A stretch of DNA of 64,000 nt from Eledone cirrhosa (lineage: Eukaryota). Below, one piece after another: positions 28,010-40,360 of this stretch. The DNA lies in assembly GCA_964016885.1 (NCBI GenBank), contig OZ024756.1:4650001-4714000 (forward strand). The letters run 5' to 3'. Both the position numbers and the translations under genes were made by a program. The notes under the pieces are model-generated. The model had not been told where the DNA came from. It worked only from the letters and a program-made list of their open reading frames with translations, and ran no database searches. Position 1 is the first letter of the stretch. Every line of letters starts with the position of its first letter.

Positions 28010-28272
28010 CTAAAGTCTGTCTTAAGCCGGAAGACTCATTTGGTCGGTGCTTATCCCGGTTTCATGGCGTGAAGCGACTGAGAATACAAGACTTCCCCCT
28101 GGACAGGACGCCAGTCCATCACAGGGTTTAAACCCCCAGCTATTGCTGGTACTCATTTTCAGCTGAGTAAACTAGAGCAACGTGAAATGAAGTGTTTTGT
28201 TCAAGAACACAACACGCAACCCAGGAATCGAACCCACGACATTATGATCGTAAGTCCAACCCCCGTACCACT
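28010..28272 (-). mobile_element. Second tRNA-derived SINE family; partial copy at about 61410-61580
   Basis: Minus strand has B-box GGTTCGATTCC, then GTGTTCTTGAACAAAACACTTCATTTCACG and GATGGACTGGCGTCCTGTCCAGGGG central domains. Confidence 0.75.
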
Positions 28273-28334
28273 ATAGTCCTACACCTAGTCATATACATGA
28301 AGTATATTAAAATAATGGCAAGTTTATAATATAC

Positions 28335-28463
28335 CTGTCTTAATTCTCCTATGTAGTACTGTGTTAGCATGCCAGAAGCTGTGTCTGAATGGCCTGTATC
28401 TTCAAATGTATGTGTAGCGTCTCTTCCTGCGTGTTCTAAGAGAATATCTTCACCACCAGGATG
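28335..28463 (-). CDS. Cytochrome b5-like gene, coding exon 3 (both heme-ligand histidines)
   Basis: ttttag|HPGGEDILLEHAGRDATHTFEDTGHSDTASGMLTQYYIGELRQ|gt. 129 nt, phase 0/0, with HPGG and GHS heme motifs. Missed by the ORF track. Confidence 0.93.
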
Positions 28464-28714
28464 CTAAAATAGAGGAATTAATAAAGATATATATGACAAA
28501 TATATGCAAACGAAAACCAAATACCAGCTAAAAAGCCAGGAGAAGGGAAAATAGAATTAAATGAAATGGTATTGTTTCATGGTAGATAGAAAACAAACGA
28601 GTAACTTGGAAAATAAATCGGAGTAAAAAAAATAACAAAAAAAAACAAAACAAACAAACAGGGGAACTAAGAGTTGTCCCCCTTGAAAGTTTCTTTCACC
28701 AAATAATTGTTTAT

Positions 28715-28858
28715 ATTTTGGGCACAAGGCCAGCAATTAACTCACTACATTACTGGTACTTTATTTTATAGACCCCGTAAGGATGAAAGGCAAAATTAAT
28801 CTCAGTGGGGTTTGAACTCAGAACGTAAAGGGTCATAAAGCATGGCGTCTGACGCTCA
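28715..28858 (-). mobile_element. tRNA-derived SINE, main family, diverged
   Basis: Reverse complement of the consensus. Confidence 0.75.
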
Positions 28859-29457
28859 TAAATACTAAATAATATTTTAATAGTATGTTTCTTGTGTGTC
28901 TCTGTATGTCTTCATCTTGTCCTTATTACTGGTCGTGAAATTCGAGTTAAATCATTCCGCCATCACCACCACCCACCGTCGCCACCGTAGCCATCACCAC
29001 CATCCACCGTCGCCACCACCACCACCAACGTCGCCATCACCACCACCACCGTCACCATCACCACCACCACCACCACCACCACTACCCACCGTCGCCTTCA
29101 CCATCACCCATAGTCGCCATCGCCACCACCAGCGCCATCGCTAATATTAATTAAACTTTATTGTGTGGAAAGTGTTACTAAGGGCGACAACCCTATAACT
29201 TCTAACTTGTTATCTCCCTTTATGTTTTATACTAAACTTACGCTTTTTACAAGTTCCATTTTTTTCTATCTAACGAGTTGAGACAATATTTTAATTAATT
29301 TTATTTCACGTTATCATAAAATAGTGGACAGTGTATTTTATTATGTTATCGCCCACCCCTCTCTATCACTCTCTATATCACTCTCTCTATCACTCTCTCT
29401 ATCTCTCTCTCTCCTATATCAGTTCTTCTTCAGCGCTACTGTCTTCCTAAATGAATA

Positions 29458-29629
29458 CCGTATTTCCCGGCGCCGAAGACGCTTCGTCCTCAAGGACGCA
29501 CCACAATTTTGTCAACCACACATTTGAAAAAAAAATGATAATAAACAACCTTCGGCCTCCAGGCGGCGTGGTAGATTTTTGAGACTTATTTTAGGTAAAA
29601 AGTAGCGTCTTCGACGCCGGTAAATACGG
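29458..29629. mobile_element. Tc1/mariner-pogo-type MITE
   Basis: TIRs CCGTATTTCCCGGCGCCGAAGACGC / GCGTCTTCGACGCCGGTAAATACGG flanked by TA on both sides. Confidence 0.85.
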
Positions 29630-30634
29630 TAACTAGCGATGTGGTCTTGCGGAGTCCACGTTCCAACTTTACGTTAAATGTTTCATATCGTTATTTCAGC
29701 TGGATAAAGGTGGTGGATTGGCAGTATCGGTAGAGGGCCGGACGCCATGCTTTGCAGCATAGAGTTACGGCTCGAGTTCGGCGTTGCTCGGGGTCATTAA
29801 GTTACCAAAGTTAGGTTGCACCACCAATTTTATGGCAGCACTTTGTTGTCTGCCAGCCACTGGGTGAATGAATTGCAGACCTGCACTGCCGAAGCAGGAG
29901 CTGCGCCAGCAGTGACAATTGTAATTTCGCCTATGGATATTATCTCTGTGCAAAGAAGTGTTGAAATTTATTGTTTCACAGTACTTGCGCAACACGCGCG
30001 TAGACGATGCCAGCCGAACAACAGAGCTGCGATGGAGTTGTTCTGCATGGTTGTCTAATGTGTGTTTTCTAAATTTAAGACAGTAGGGAGGGGTGTGATA
30101 TGGGGGAGAGTTAGCTGCTGTTTCTAGCAGGTTTAGTGACCTCATAGAGGATATTATTGTGTATAGTAAATAAACTGATACGTCTTTCTTCCACGTTCGT
30201 TGAGAGATGTTTTAAAAAAGATTTATCGCTATTTTTTGTTGTTGTTGAATAAATTTATCTGTTGCTTTTGAATAATTGTTGTTTCGACTAAAAAACAAAC
30301 GTTCTCTCTCTCTTCCTCTCTTCTTTCTTCGACGTTCCTAAAGGAAGTTTGTAAGTTTAAGCGTATATAAGAGAAAGTTGCAGCAAGTATGTAGTTTTAT
30401 CGAATTTTAAGGAGAGTAGAGAGAGGAATTTCAGATTGTATTAGAGGGGTAAAGCATAATGTATTTAGTTTTATCGATTATTTCCGTAATTCTGGGTGAG
30501 TTTGACCTAAGTTAGACCATTTACAACATTCTTACAGACTTTGAGTCGAATCGGTTTGAAATGTGTAAATGTATAAACATGGAACACACACACATACACA
30601 CACACACACACAACAACAATCTGCCTTTTATAGA

Positions 30635-30820
30635 TAATTGTTTCTACTTTAGGCACAAGGCCAGCAATTATCCAGTGCATTACTGGTACTTTATTTTATC
30701 GACCCCGTAAGGATGAAAGGCAAAGTCAACCTCGGCGGGATTTGAACTCAGATCGTAAAGGGACGTAACTATGCTGGAAAGCATGGCGTCCGACCCTCTA
30801 CCGATACTGCCAATCCACCG
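30635..30820 (-). mobile_element. tRNA-derived SINE, main family
   Basis: Near-consensus full copy. Confidence 0.9.
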
Positions 30821-31076
30821 CCCTTTATAGATAATGATGATATATATATATGCGTGTGTGTGTGTGGCGTTTCTGTACATATAAGAATAATAATCAAATT
30901 TTTTAGTTAGCTTACGTCTTGTCGTTTTGTAAAACTCATACATTCCTGACCAATTATGTATACTGTCTCACTAAACATATACGTGATCACTTACAACGGC
31001 ACATGATTTATAACTCTCTGTATCACTACATTTAAAACCAGTATTTTATTCAGATATCTACAGATGCTAATGCTAG

Positions 31077-31405
31077 TTGCACCGACACTTTCTGCAGTCG
31101 CAACCTGGTGCAGTCTGCGACGAACCCAGGTTCTGCTGCACGTCGGGCTGAGGAGGCCAAGCTCCTCAAATACCAGTCGCTCTCCGACAGGTTTGCGGTT
31201 GTACCCCTGGCAGTGGAGACTTCTGGTGTCCTCGGCCCTAGGGCTACCTCCCTACTCACCACCATAGGCTCTGAGCTGGCCAGCCGTAGGTGTGAACCCC
31301 GCGAGTTGGAGTGGCTTTTCCAGCGCGTCTCTCTTGCCGTCCTCCGTGGGAACGCCTTCTCCATCCTGTCCGAGTAACATTCCATATTTAGGTATCCGTT
31401 TATAG
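31077..31405 (+). mobile_element. CRE-clade LINE 3' fragment in a cytochrome b5 intron
   Basis: AARRAEEAKLLKYQSL..PLAVETSG..LFQRVSLAVLRGNA; highly similar to 58970-59265. Confidence 0.9.
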
Positions 31406-31464
31406 GCATTTTTATGGACCTTTAAGGTTGTATTAGAAAGTAGTACTTTATATGTGAATCTTAC

Positions 31465-31623
31465 CTTGCTTAGAAATTGAGTTATATCGTAGACTTTGTC
31501 CCGTATGACAACCCAACAAGAGTCTGAGACGCTATGTTCTGCTACATCTTGCATTGAGAATGTTGCACTACCTGAGATGGTATCACAGATATTGTGGTTT
31601 ATGTCACTCACAAGTCCATTATC
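31465..31623 (-). CDS. Cytochrome b5-like gene, coding exon 2
   Basis: tttatag|DNGLVSDINHNICDTISGSATFSMQDVAEHSVSDSCWVVIRDKVYDITQFLSK|gtaaga. 159 nt, phase 0/0; joins exon 3 to give FLSK-HPGG. Confidence 0.93.
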
Positions 31624-32128
31624 CTATAAATGAAAATAAATATGTAATTACAATGACAGATTCTATGCTAACTACTTAACATTTTTCATAGCAACCGGGC
31701 CCAAGACATGCTTTGGTTCTATAAAACAAAACCGTCAATTTTTTTTATTGTTCCAATATAAATTAAAATCTTCCATCATAATTCTATATCAGCACCGTAC
31801 TTTATGCTTCTATTTTAGTTATGAAATAGTTGCTAATTTTAGTAAATCCACCAACATTCTTCATTAATTAATTGAAATAATATTTAACAAAAACTGTTAA
31901 ATTCACTTTACGTTTATCATCTATTTCTTTTCGTCGCACTCTTTGTGATCTGGTTACCGATTCAGTTTCACAGCAATTTTAGTATATGGTTTCAATAACA
32001 TTTATAATCAATTGAAGCTGAATTTAAAATAATACATTAGTAAACTTTAAGCTTTGATCTATTATAAATGTCTGATGGGAACCATAGGTAAAATGTAATT
32101 GCAAGCTTTAAACTCAAAATATACTTAC

Positions 32129-32236
32129 CGATTCTTTGGACCAGAGTAAATCATAAAAATGCCGGTTTAATAGATTACTTGCTGTAGAACTAATTGTATC
32201 CATAACTCCTCTTTTCTGTTGCTCCTTTAATGCCAT
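32129..32236 (-). CDS. Cytochrome b5-like gene, coding exon 1; exon starts at acceptor 32296 with 5' UTR
   Basis: ACAATGG start context, MALKEQQKRGVMDTISSTASNLLNRHFYDLLWSKES|gtaagt. 108 nt, phase 0. Upstream acceptor ttttgcag. Confidence 0.75.
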
Positions 32237-32724
32237 TGTCGCTCAGTTACCTTAAAATATATTTCAAGCGAGAATGTGCGAAGATTTTGTTAATATCTGC
32301 AAAATAAAAATAAAAAACAACGAGTTAGTTAGATTAAAATACTAGATAACTTTGATAGGTTTGGCCAGTATTGGCCCAGGCCATGTCTAACTTAATAGCA
32401 CCACTAAATTAAATAATTTGTTTGGGTTTTATTCATATATATATGTGTGTGGTGGTTTCTCAGTCATTGCCTTTTCCTTGGACAGCATTCGTGGCGTGGA
32501 GACGGGAGAGTAGTATGGATGGGCGACTGCTGGTCTTCCATATAAACAACCTTGCCCGGACTTGTTTCTTGGAGTGGGAACTTTTTAGGCTCAAATCCCA
32601 TGGTCTTTACCTTATATATATATATAAATTGTGAGTCACCGGTTTAGACTAGTAAGACCCATGTTCAGCTAAGTACTCAATACTTGGGAAAGTAAAGCTT
32701 ATGTATAGTAAGAAGTTATTGTTT

Positions 32725-32820
32725 GATGGCTGAGCTGATGCCGTTTCCACGGTGAGGGGATATCTTACATGCACCAGACAGCTATTCACTGGCCGTCGAA
32801 ACAACATGTACCCAGCCGTC
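32725..32820 (+). ncRNA. Degenerate hammerhead-like motif
   Basis: GATGGCTGAG-CTGATG...CCGTC-GAAA-CAACATG-TA^CCCAGCCGTC. 9 of 10 bp in stem I, but A9 is missing and stem II is poor. Confidence 0.4.
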
Positions 32821-32835
32821 GAGTACCAACTATTT

Positions 32836-32868
<33 letters not shown>

Positions 32869-33715
32869 CGAATGTAGAAAGGTAACTCACACACACACAC
32901 ACCACACCACACACAAACACACACACGCACAAGAACTGAATAAAACAGTTCTAGTCCTGTAGAAGCTTTTCTATTATAAATATTTATACTCTGCTTTGTA
33001 TTGAGTACCTTACTTACTATGGTTACCCCCAATTGAACCCGGGATAACTTATATATATATATAAGTTTAAAGAGATAGAAGGCCAAACAATGCAAAGTAG
33101 ACTGTAAGATGAGATAACGAAAAGTAAAAGTTACCTGGTAATTTTTGTTTTGTTGTTGTTGTTCTTTTAAAACAAAACAAAACAAATATTACCAGGTAAC
33201 TTTTACTTTTCGTTATCTCATCTTACAGTCTACTTTGCATTGTTTGGCCTTCTATCTCTTTCAACGTTATATATTATATACAATACTTCAAGCAAACTAT
33301 AACATTTTATTATGTACAGAGAGAGAGAGATTTGTTGGTCACTTTAACATATGCAGATGTACTATATGAATTACTTCTTATCTGTATCTTTATATCTAGC
33401 AATGGTGGTAGTTGTGTCATTTGAATCTACTTTGGGTGTCTTATTTCTGGAAAGAAATGCTTTCTAATTTTTTTTTTTTTTTCATCTTAAAAACCTGTTC
33501 AGTATGATAAGCACAACAAATGAATCGTACATATAGAAATTGTAGGGTTATTTTTTCTAAAAAGATTCCTTTATTCCAAATACTGACCCTGTAGAATGTC
33601 ACATATAAGAGACTAAGTGAAAATCCAACATCATAATATTAGTTTACTTGGCATATTAATAACTTTCATTGCTAAAGTGTTTACATATGTTATCTAGAAT
33701 TCTATTTTCTCGCGG

Positions 33716-33905
33716 CGGTGGATTGGCAGTATCGGTAGAGGGTCGGACGCCATGCTTTGCAGCAAAGACTTACGTCCCTTTATAGTATGAGTTCAAATCC
33801 CGCCGAGGTTAACTTTGCCTTTCATCCTTACGGGGTCGACAGCATAAAGTACCAGTAATACACTGGAATAATTGCTGGCCTTGTACCAAATATAGAAACA
33901 ATTAT
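33716..33905 (+). mobile_element. tRNA-derived SINE, main family
   Basis: Near-consensus full copy. Confidence 0.9.
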
Positions 33906-34157
33906 TTCTATTTTCTCATATAGAAACCGCAGTAATGAGCTTTTCTACATCCAGCGTCAAAATGTTGCCATTTTCTTGGTTTCTTGTAAATTTTCTAAGC
34001 AATTTTCTTATGAATGTTTATTGTCTCATAGTTTTGTTTAGAGTCGTTAGAGCGTCGGATAGAATGCTTCGCGGTATTCGTTCCAGTTCTCTGTGCTTTG
34101 AGTTCAACCTCCTCCTCCTCTGCTCCAGCCTCAACATTTGCTTTAATACCTTTAGTG

Positions 34158-37100
34158 CAGTGGTTCTCAACCTTTTTTTGCCAACGGCACACCTTGGAAC
34201 AGATGAAAAACTGGCGGCACACCTGGCTAAATATATATGAAAAATATTTGAATTTTACAATATAAAAACATGGCAAGTCATAGACGCTATACAACCGTAG
34301 ACACAGACTAGTCATAGACGGCATACCACTGTAGACAGACTAGTCATAGACGGCATACCACTGTAGACAGACTAGTCATAGACGGCATACAACCGTAGAC
34401 ACAGACTAGTCATAGACGGCATACCACTGTAGACAGACTAGTCATAGACGGTAATACCACTGTAGACAGACTAGTCATAGACGCTATACAACCGTAGACA
34501 CAGACTAGTCATAGACGGCATACCACTGTAGACAGACTAGTCATAGATGGCATACAACTGTAGACAGACTAGTCATAGACGGCATACAACCGTAGACACA
34601 GACTAGTCATAGACGGTATACAACTGTAGACACAGACTAGTCATAGACGCTATACAACCGTAGACACAGACTAATCATAGACGGCATACAACTGTAGACA
34701 CAGACTAGTCATAGACGGCATACCACTGTAGACACAGACAAGTCATAGACGGTATACAACTGTAGACACAGACAAGTCATAGACGGCATACAACCGTAGA
34801 TACAGACTAGTCATAGACGGCATACAACCTTAGACACAGACTAGTCATAGACGGCATACCACTGTAGACAGACTAGTCATAGACGCTATACAACCGTAGA
34901 CACAGACTAGTCATAGACGGCATACCACTGTAGACAGACTAGTCATAGACGGCATACCACTGGAGACAGACTAGTCATAGACGGCATACCACTGTAGACA
35001 GACTAGTCATAGACGGCATACCACTGTAGACAGACTAGTCATAGACGGCATACAACCGTAGACACAGACTAGTCATAGACGGCATACAACCGTAGACACA
35101 GACTAGTCATAGACGGCATACCACTGGAGACAGACTAGTCATAGACGGCATACCACTGTAGACAGACTAGTCATAGACGGCATACCACTGTAGACAGACT
35201 AGTCATAGACGGCATACAACCGTAGACACAGACTAGTCATAGACGGCATACCACTGTAGACAGACTAGTCATAGACGGCATACCACTGTAGACAGACTAG
35301 TCATAGACGGCATACAACCGTAGACACAGACTAGTCATAGACGGCATACAACCGTAGACACAGACTAGTCATAGACGGCATACCACTGTAGACAGACTAG
35401 TCATAGACGGCATACCACTGGAGACAGACTAGTCATAGACGGCATACAACCGTAGACACAGACTAGTCATAGACGGCATACAACCGTAGACACAGACTAG
35501 TCATAGACGGCATACAACCGTAGACACAGACAAGTCATAGACGGCATACCACTGTAGACAGACTAGTCATAGACGGCATACCACTGTAGACAGACTAGTC
35601 ATAGACGGCATACAACCGTAGACACAGACTAGTCATAGACGGCATACAACCGTAGACACAGACAAGTCATAGACGGCATACCACTGTAGACAGACTAGTC
35701 ATAGACGGCATACAACCGTAGACACAGACTAGTCATAGACGGCATACAACCGTAGACACAGACTAGTCATAGACGGCATACCACTGTAGACAGACTAGTC
35801 ATAGACGGCATACCACTGGAGACAGACTAGTCATAGACGGCATACCACTGTAGACAGACTAGTCATAGACGGCATACCACTGTAGACAGACTAGTCATAG
35901 ACGGCATACAACCGTAGACACAGACTAGTCATAGACGGCATACAACCGTAGACACAGACAAGTCATAGACGGCATACCACTGTAGACAGACTAGTCATAG
36001 ACGGCATACAACCGTAGACACAGACTAGTCATAGACGGCATACAACCGTAGACACAGACTAGTCATAGACGGCATACCACTGTAGACAGACTAGTCATAG
36101 ACGGCATACCACTGTAGACAGACTAGTCATAGATGGCATACAACTGTAGACAGACTAGTCATAGACGGCATACAACCGTAGATACAGACTAGTCATAGAC
36201 GGCATACCACTGTAGACAGACTAGTCATAGATGGCATACAACTGTAGACAGACTAGTCATAGACGGCATACAACCGTAGACACAGACTAGTCATAGACGG
36301 CATACCACTGTAGACAGACAAGTCATAGACGGCATACCACTGTAGACAGACTAGTCATAGACGGCATACCACTGTAGACAGACTAGTCATAGACGGCATA
36401 CAACCGTAGACACAGACTAGTCATAGACGGCATACAACCGTAGACACAGACTAGTCATAGACGGCATACCACTGTAGACAGACTAGTCATAGATGGCATA
36501 CAACTGTAGACAGACTAGTCATAGACGGCATACAACCGTAGACACAGACTAGTCATAGACGGCATACCACTGTAGACAGACTAGTCATAGATGGCATACA
36601 ACTGTAGACAGACTAGTCATAGACGGCATACAACCGTAGACACAGACTAGTCATAGACGGCATACAACTGTAGACAGACTAGTCATAGACGGCATACAAC
36701 CGTAGACACAGACTAGTCATAGACGGCATACAACCGTAGACACAGACTAGTCATAGACGGCATACCACTGTAGACAGACTAGTCATAGACGGCATACCAC
36801 TGTAGACAGACTAGTCATAGACGCTATACAACCGTAGACACAGACTAGTCATAGACGGCATACCACTGTAGACAGACTAGTCATAGCCGCTATATAACTG
36901 TAGACACAGACTAGTCATAGACGGCATACCACTGTAGACAGACTAGTCATAGATGGCATACCACTGTAGACAGACTAGTCATAGACGCTATACAACCGTA
37001 GACACAGACTAGTCATAGACGGTATACAACTGTAGACAGACTAGTCATAGACGGCATACAACTGTAGACACAGACAAGTCATAGACGCTATACAACTGTA

Positions 37101-37337
37101 GACAGACAAGTCATAGACGGCATACAACCGTAGACACAGACTAGTCATAGACGGCATACAACCGTAGACACAGACAAGTCATAGACGCTATACAACTGTA
37201 GACAGACTAGTCATAAACGGCATACAACCGTAGACACAGACTAGTCATAGATGGCATACCACTGTAGACAGACAAGTCATAGACACTTTCTTAGTGTGCC
37301 GTTCAAAATGTTGGGGCACACTGGTTGAGAATCACTG
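34158..37337. mobile_element. hAT (Charlie-like) non-autonomous transposon carrying an internal minisatellite, inserted in a SINE
   Basis: TIRs CAGTGGTTCTCAACC / GGTTGAGAATCACTG. 8-bp TSD CTTTAGTG / CTTTAGTA (34150-34157, 37338-37345). SINE halves at about 34040-34150 and 37346-37450. Confidence 0.88.
34275..37286. repeat. Minisatellite of interspersed 32-bp and 34-bp units
   Basis: TAGTCATAGACGGCATACCACTGTAGACAGAC (32 bp) and TAGTCATAGACGGCATACAACCGTAGACACAGAC (34 bp), about 90 copies, no unique spacers. Confidence 0.97.
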
Positions 37338-37749
37338 CTTTAGTAGTTGATAAAAGAGTACCAGTCCAATACCGAAAGTGATTCATTCTCTCTATCTCTG
37401 TTTTAGTTCCTCTCTTTCGCTTATTCACTGGAAGAAATCAGTTCTGTTCAGAAGCAAAGAAATATCGTACACCGCCATGTTTGAAATACTCAAGACTCAT
37501 CGTGTTACACGACTACATCCGTACGATCGCAACAGGAATTATATGTCAAGGTAGGCGGAATTCTGTTTAATTGTTTAATGATCTTGTATATTGTCTTTGT
37601 TTGAATTAATGGTCGGGGTGTTTACTTTGATATTGGCTAAAGGTCGGGTACGATTGGCCAAGGAATATCTGTTCTTGTGATGGAGACATTATTTCACCAT
37701 TATAGACTCTATATAATCTTTAATGTTATTTTGTTTCTTGAAAGTCCCA

Positions 37750-38460
37750 AACAAGCCATGAATCAACTTAGTGTAAGAGGGGGAAGGAATATGACGAAGG
37801 AGAAATTAAGACGAAAGGAATTAATTTACTTTAGACTTGAAAGAATTCAGGTGATAAGAAGGAGGAAAACAGTGAGATGGAAGAGAGTTCCTAAGTCTGG
37901 AAGTTTGAAGAGAAAAGCTACGATCATAGAAAGACTTCTCTACTAAGTCAAACTAGTTATACTCCTTTATAACTACAGATTCCAACTATAACTAGAAATT
38001 CACAATGTTCGTCACAAGTATGAAAATACACACTTGATAGGTGCTATGTGTCCGAACACAGAAGAGCCGAACTCCCACCATCATCACCCCCATCTCTCTC
38101 GCTCTCCCATCTCTCTGTATAGTGAGAAAATGAGATCCCACGTGCTGGCCGCCCCTCAGACCCGGTGGACAGAATGGAGAAGGCGTTTCCCCGGAGGATG
38201 GTAATGGAGATGCGCTGGATGAGCCATTCCATCTTCTTTACTTGTGGAACCGCGACAGCACCTGAATGAAGTTGATGTGGGCTTCAAGTTAGGAGAGATT
38301 TCAGATCATAAAGAGGAGGAAAACAGTGAGTTGGAAGAGAGTTCCAAAGTCTGGAAGTTTGAAGAGAAAAACTATGATCATAGAAATACTTCCTTATTTA
38401 TGGAACCACAACAGCATCTGGATGAAGATGATGGGGGTTTCGAATCAGGGGAAATGGTAC
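37750..38460 (-). mobile_element. Two degenerate CR1/Jockey-like LINE 3' ends plus a small CRE fragment (38140-38232)
   Basis: Minus strand YDRSFSLQTSRL(R)NSLPSHCFPPSYHLNSFKSKVN, repeated at about 38290-38390. WLIQRISITILRGNAFSIL is the CRE C-terminus. Confidence 0.7.
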
Positions 38461-38968
38461 TAAGTGATTTGTAATTCAGTCTATAAGCGATATCAGCATA
38501 TTATTAGTATCTGAAAGGATGAAGATATTATGTAATAAAGTTTGTTATTTACTAATTTGTCAGAGTAATTGTTTTTAACTGAGGTAATTTCCAACAATAA
38601 TTTTTCTTTGTTCTAAGTCATTGTGTCAGTTTGTCATTTGAATATTTTTGAGGAATTCTGATGTACTTTTTCGTTTATATTTATATACTAAACAGTTTTT
38701 CTTGCAAATACCATTGTATTCGAGTTATTATATAACAACCTCGTAATATGACGGCTGCAGCTTCATAACGTCTGTCTTCCCCGTTTGGTAGGGTGACAAT
38801 AAGTTGGATTTGTATTTTGTTATGAAACTCTATTGCATATTACAATTGTTTTGATATCGATCAGTTTGGGTTTGATCAGGTGATCGGATCCCGACACTTA
38901 ATCGACACCTCTTCAGATATGAGAGTTTACATGGGTGGCCCCATCCATATATACCTTATTTACGTATG

Positions 38969-39067
<99 letters not shown>

Positions 39068-39337
39068 AATTATTCTCTTTCTGCATTTAAAACAAAATAA
39101 TATGTAAGGAATATCTCATGACTGTGTAATGGTGGTGTGCCAAAAGGAGAGTGCAAATTCACAAATTTATAGTTTAATTTCACCAACAACTGTGTCTATT
39201 ATCAAGCAGGCTGGTGCAAGCCCCAGACTGCACCAGCGCTTTCCTCAACCAGAAATACGACTATTTCGTTAACAACAAAAATAGCTTCTATGACAACAAC
39301 AACAAGAAGCAGTAGCCTAAGTTATCACAGATCAGAT

Positions 39338-39492
39338 CAGGTTTTCCCAAATTCTTTTTCATACGTGGAACCCTTTTTAGTTCAGAAACTTTTGGGGGAA
39401 CCCCAAAGTCTAATACTGTTATATGGTCGTAATATTTATATACTCCTCTACCTTTTTTCATGGAACCCCAGACAATCCTTTGGGAAGCACTG
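39338..39492. mobile_element. Old hAT-like MITE
   Basis: Ends CAGGTTTTCCCAAA / TTTGGGAAGCACTG with internal GGAACCCC repeats; TSD poorly conserved. Confidence 0.55.
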
Positions 39493-39696
39493 GTTTTAAT
39501 CAACGAAATGGTGCTGATCACTCTACCAGACATTCATCCTGGTTTAGATAAACTTACAGAGAGAAGCATTTAACCATTCCCTCTACAAGTATTCAGTCCA
39601 TCTCCGACTCAACTCCCAAACCCTTCTTCACTAACGATCCTCCAAAATCTTCTCAGACGCAGCCATCAATACGTCACATACATAACAGAAATACAC

Positions 39697-39995
39697 ATCA
39701 TCATCATCATCATCATCATTCATCGACTACTGTCGAGATGATGGATCTCACTCTCATGCCCCAGAATTCCCTGTCCCCCATCGCCGCCCCCAGGTCCTGT
39801 CTGCTGATTCCCGTATCCCTAGAGATAACGTCAGGGAATGACAGCTTCCTACTCCTAGTCAGGCCGGAGTCAGGGTTCCAGAGCAAGAGAGCGGATATGA
39901 TTTCATTGCTGGCACGGTGACAGTGGCCAGCAAATTGAGCTCTCCGGGATTTTAGAAGGGCAGAGGCTCGAGGGAGTTTGCCATAGATTTTAGAC
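39697..39995 (-). mobile_element. RTE/RTEX-like LINE 3' end with (GAT)n tail
   Basis: IYGKLPRASALLKSRRAQFAGHCHR..LLLW..DTG..AMGDREFW followed by a triplet-repeat tail. Confidence 0.8.
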
Positions 39996-40080
39996 AATAC
40001 ACACAAGCATACACATAGCAATACACACAAGCATACACACACACCCATGTTCACACACACGCAACAAAAATATACACATG

Positions 40081-40137
<57 letters not shown>

Positions 40138-40360
40138 CAAAAATATACACATGCATAAATACACACAAACGTACACACACACAACAAAAATGCACACATG
40201 CATACACACACACGTACACATACATACGTAAATACATACATATATACATACATACACACACGTACACATACACACATACACACACACACGTACACACATA
40301 CGAACATACATACATACACACACGTACACATACATACATACATACATATATACATACATA

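Noticed and set aside
28960-29142. Proline- or histidine-rich ORF (similar case at 43543-43645)
   Set aside because: A (CAC/CAT)n trinucleotide repeat with no splice or homology support.
31252-31611. 119-aa ORF as a complete protein
   Set aside because: Only the part up to 31465 is exon; the remainder runs through a GT donor into intron and antisense CRE sequence.
34275-37286. CRISPR-like array of 32-34-bp repeats
   Set aside because: Units are contiguous with no unique spacers, there are no cas genes, and the context is eukaryotic.
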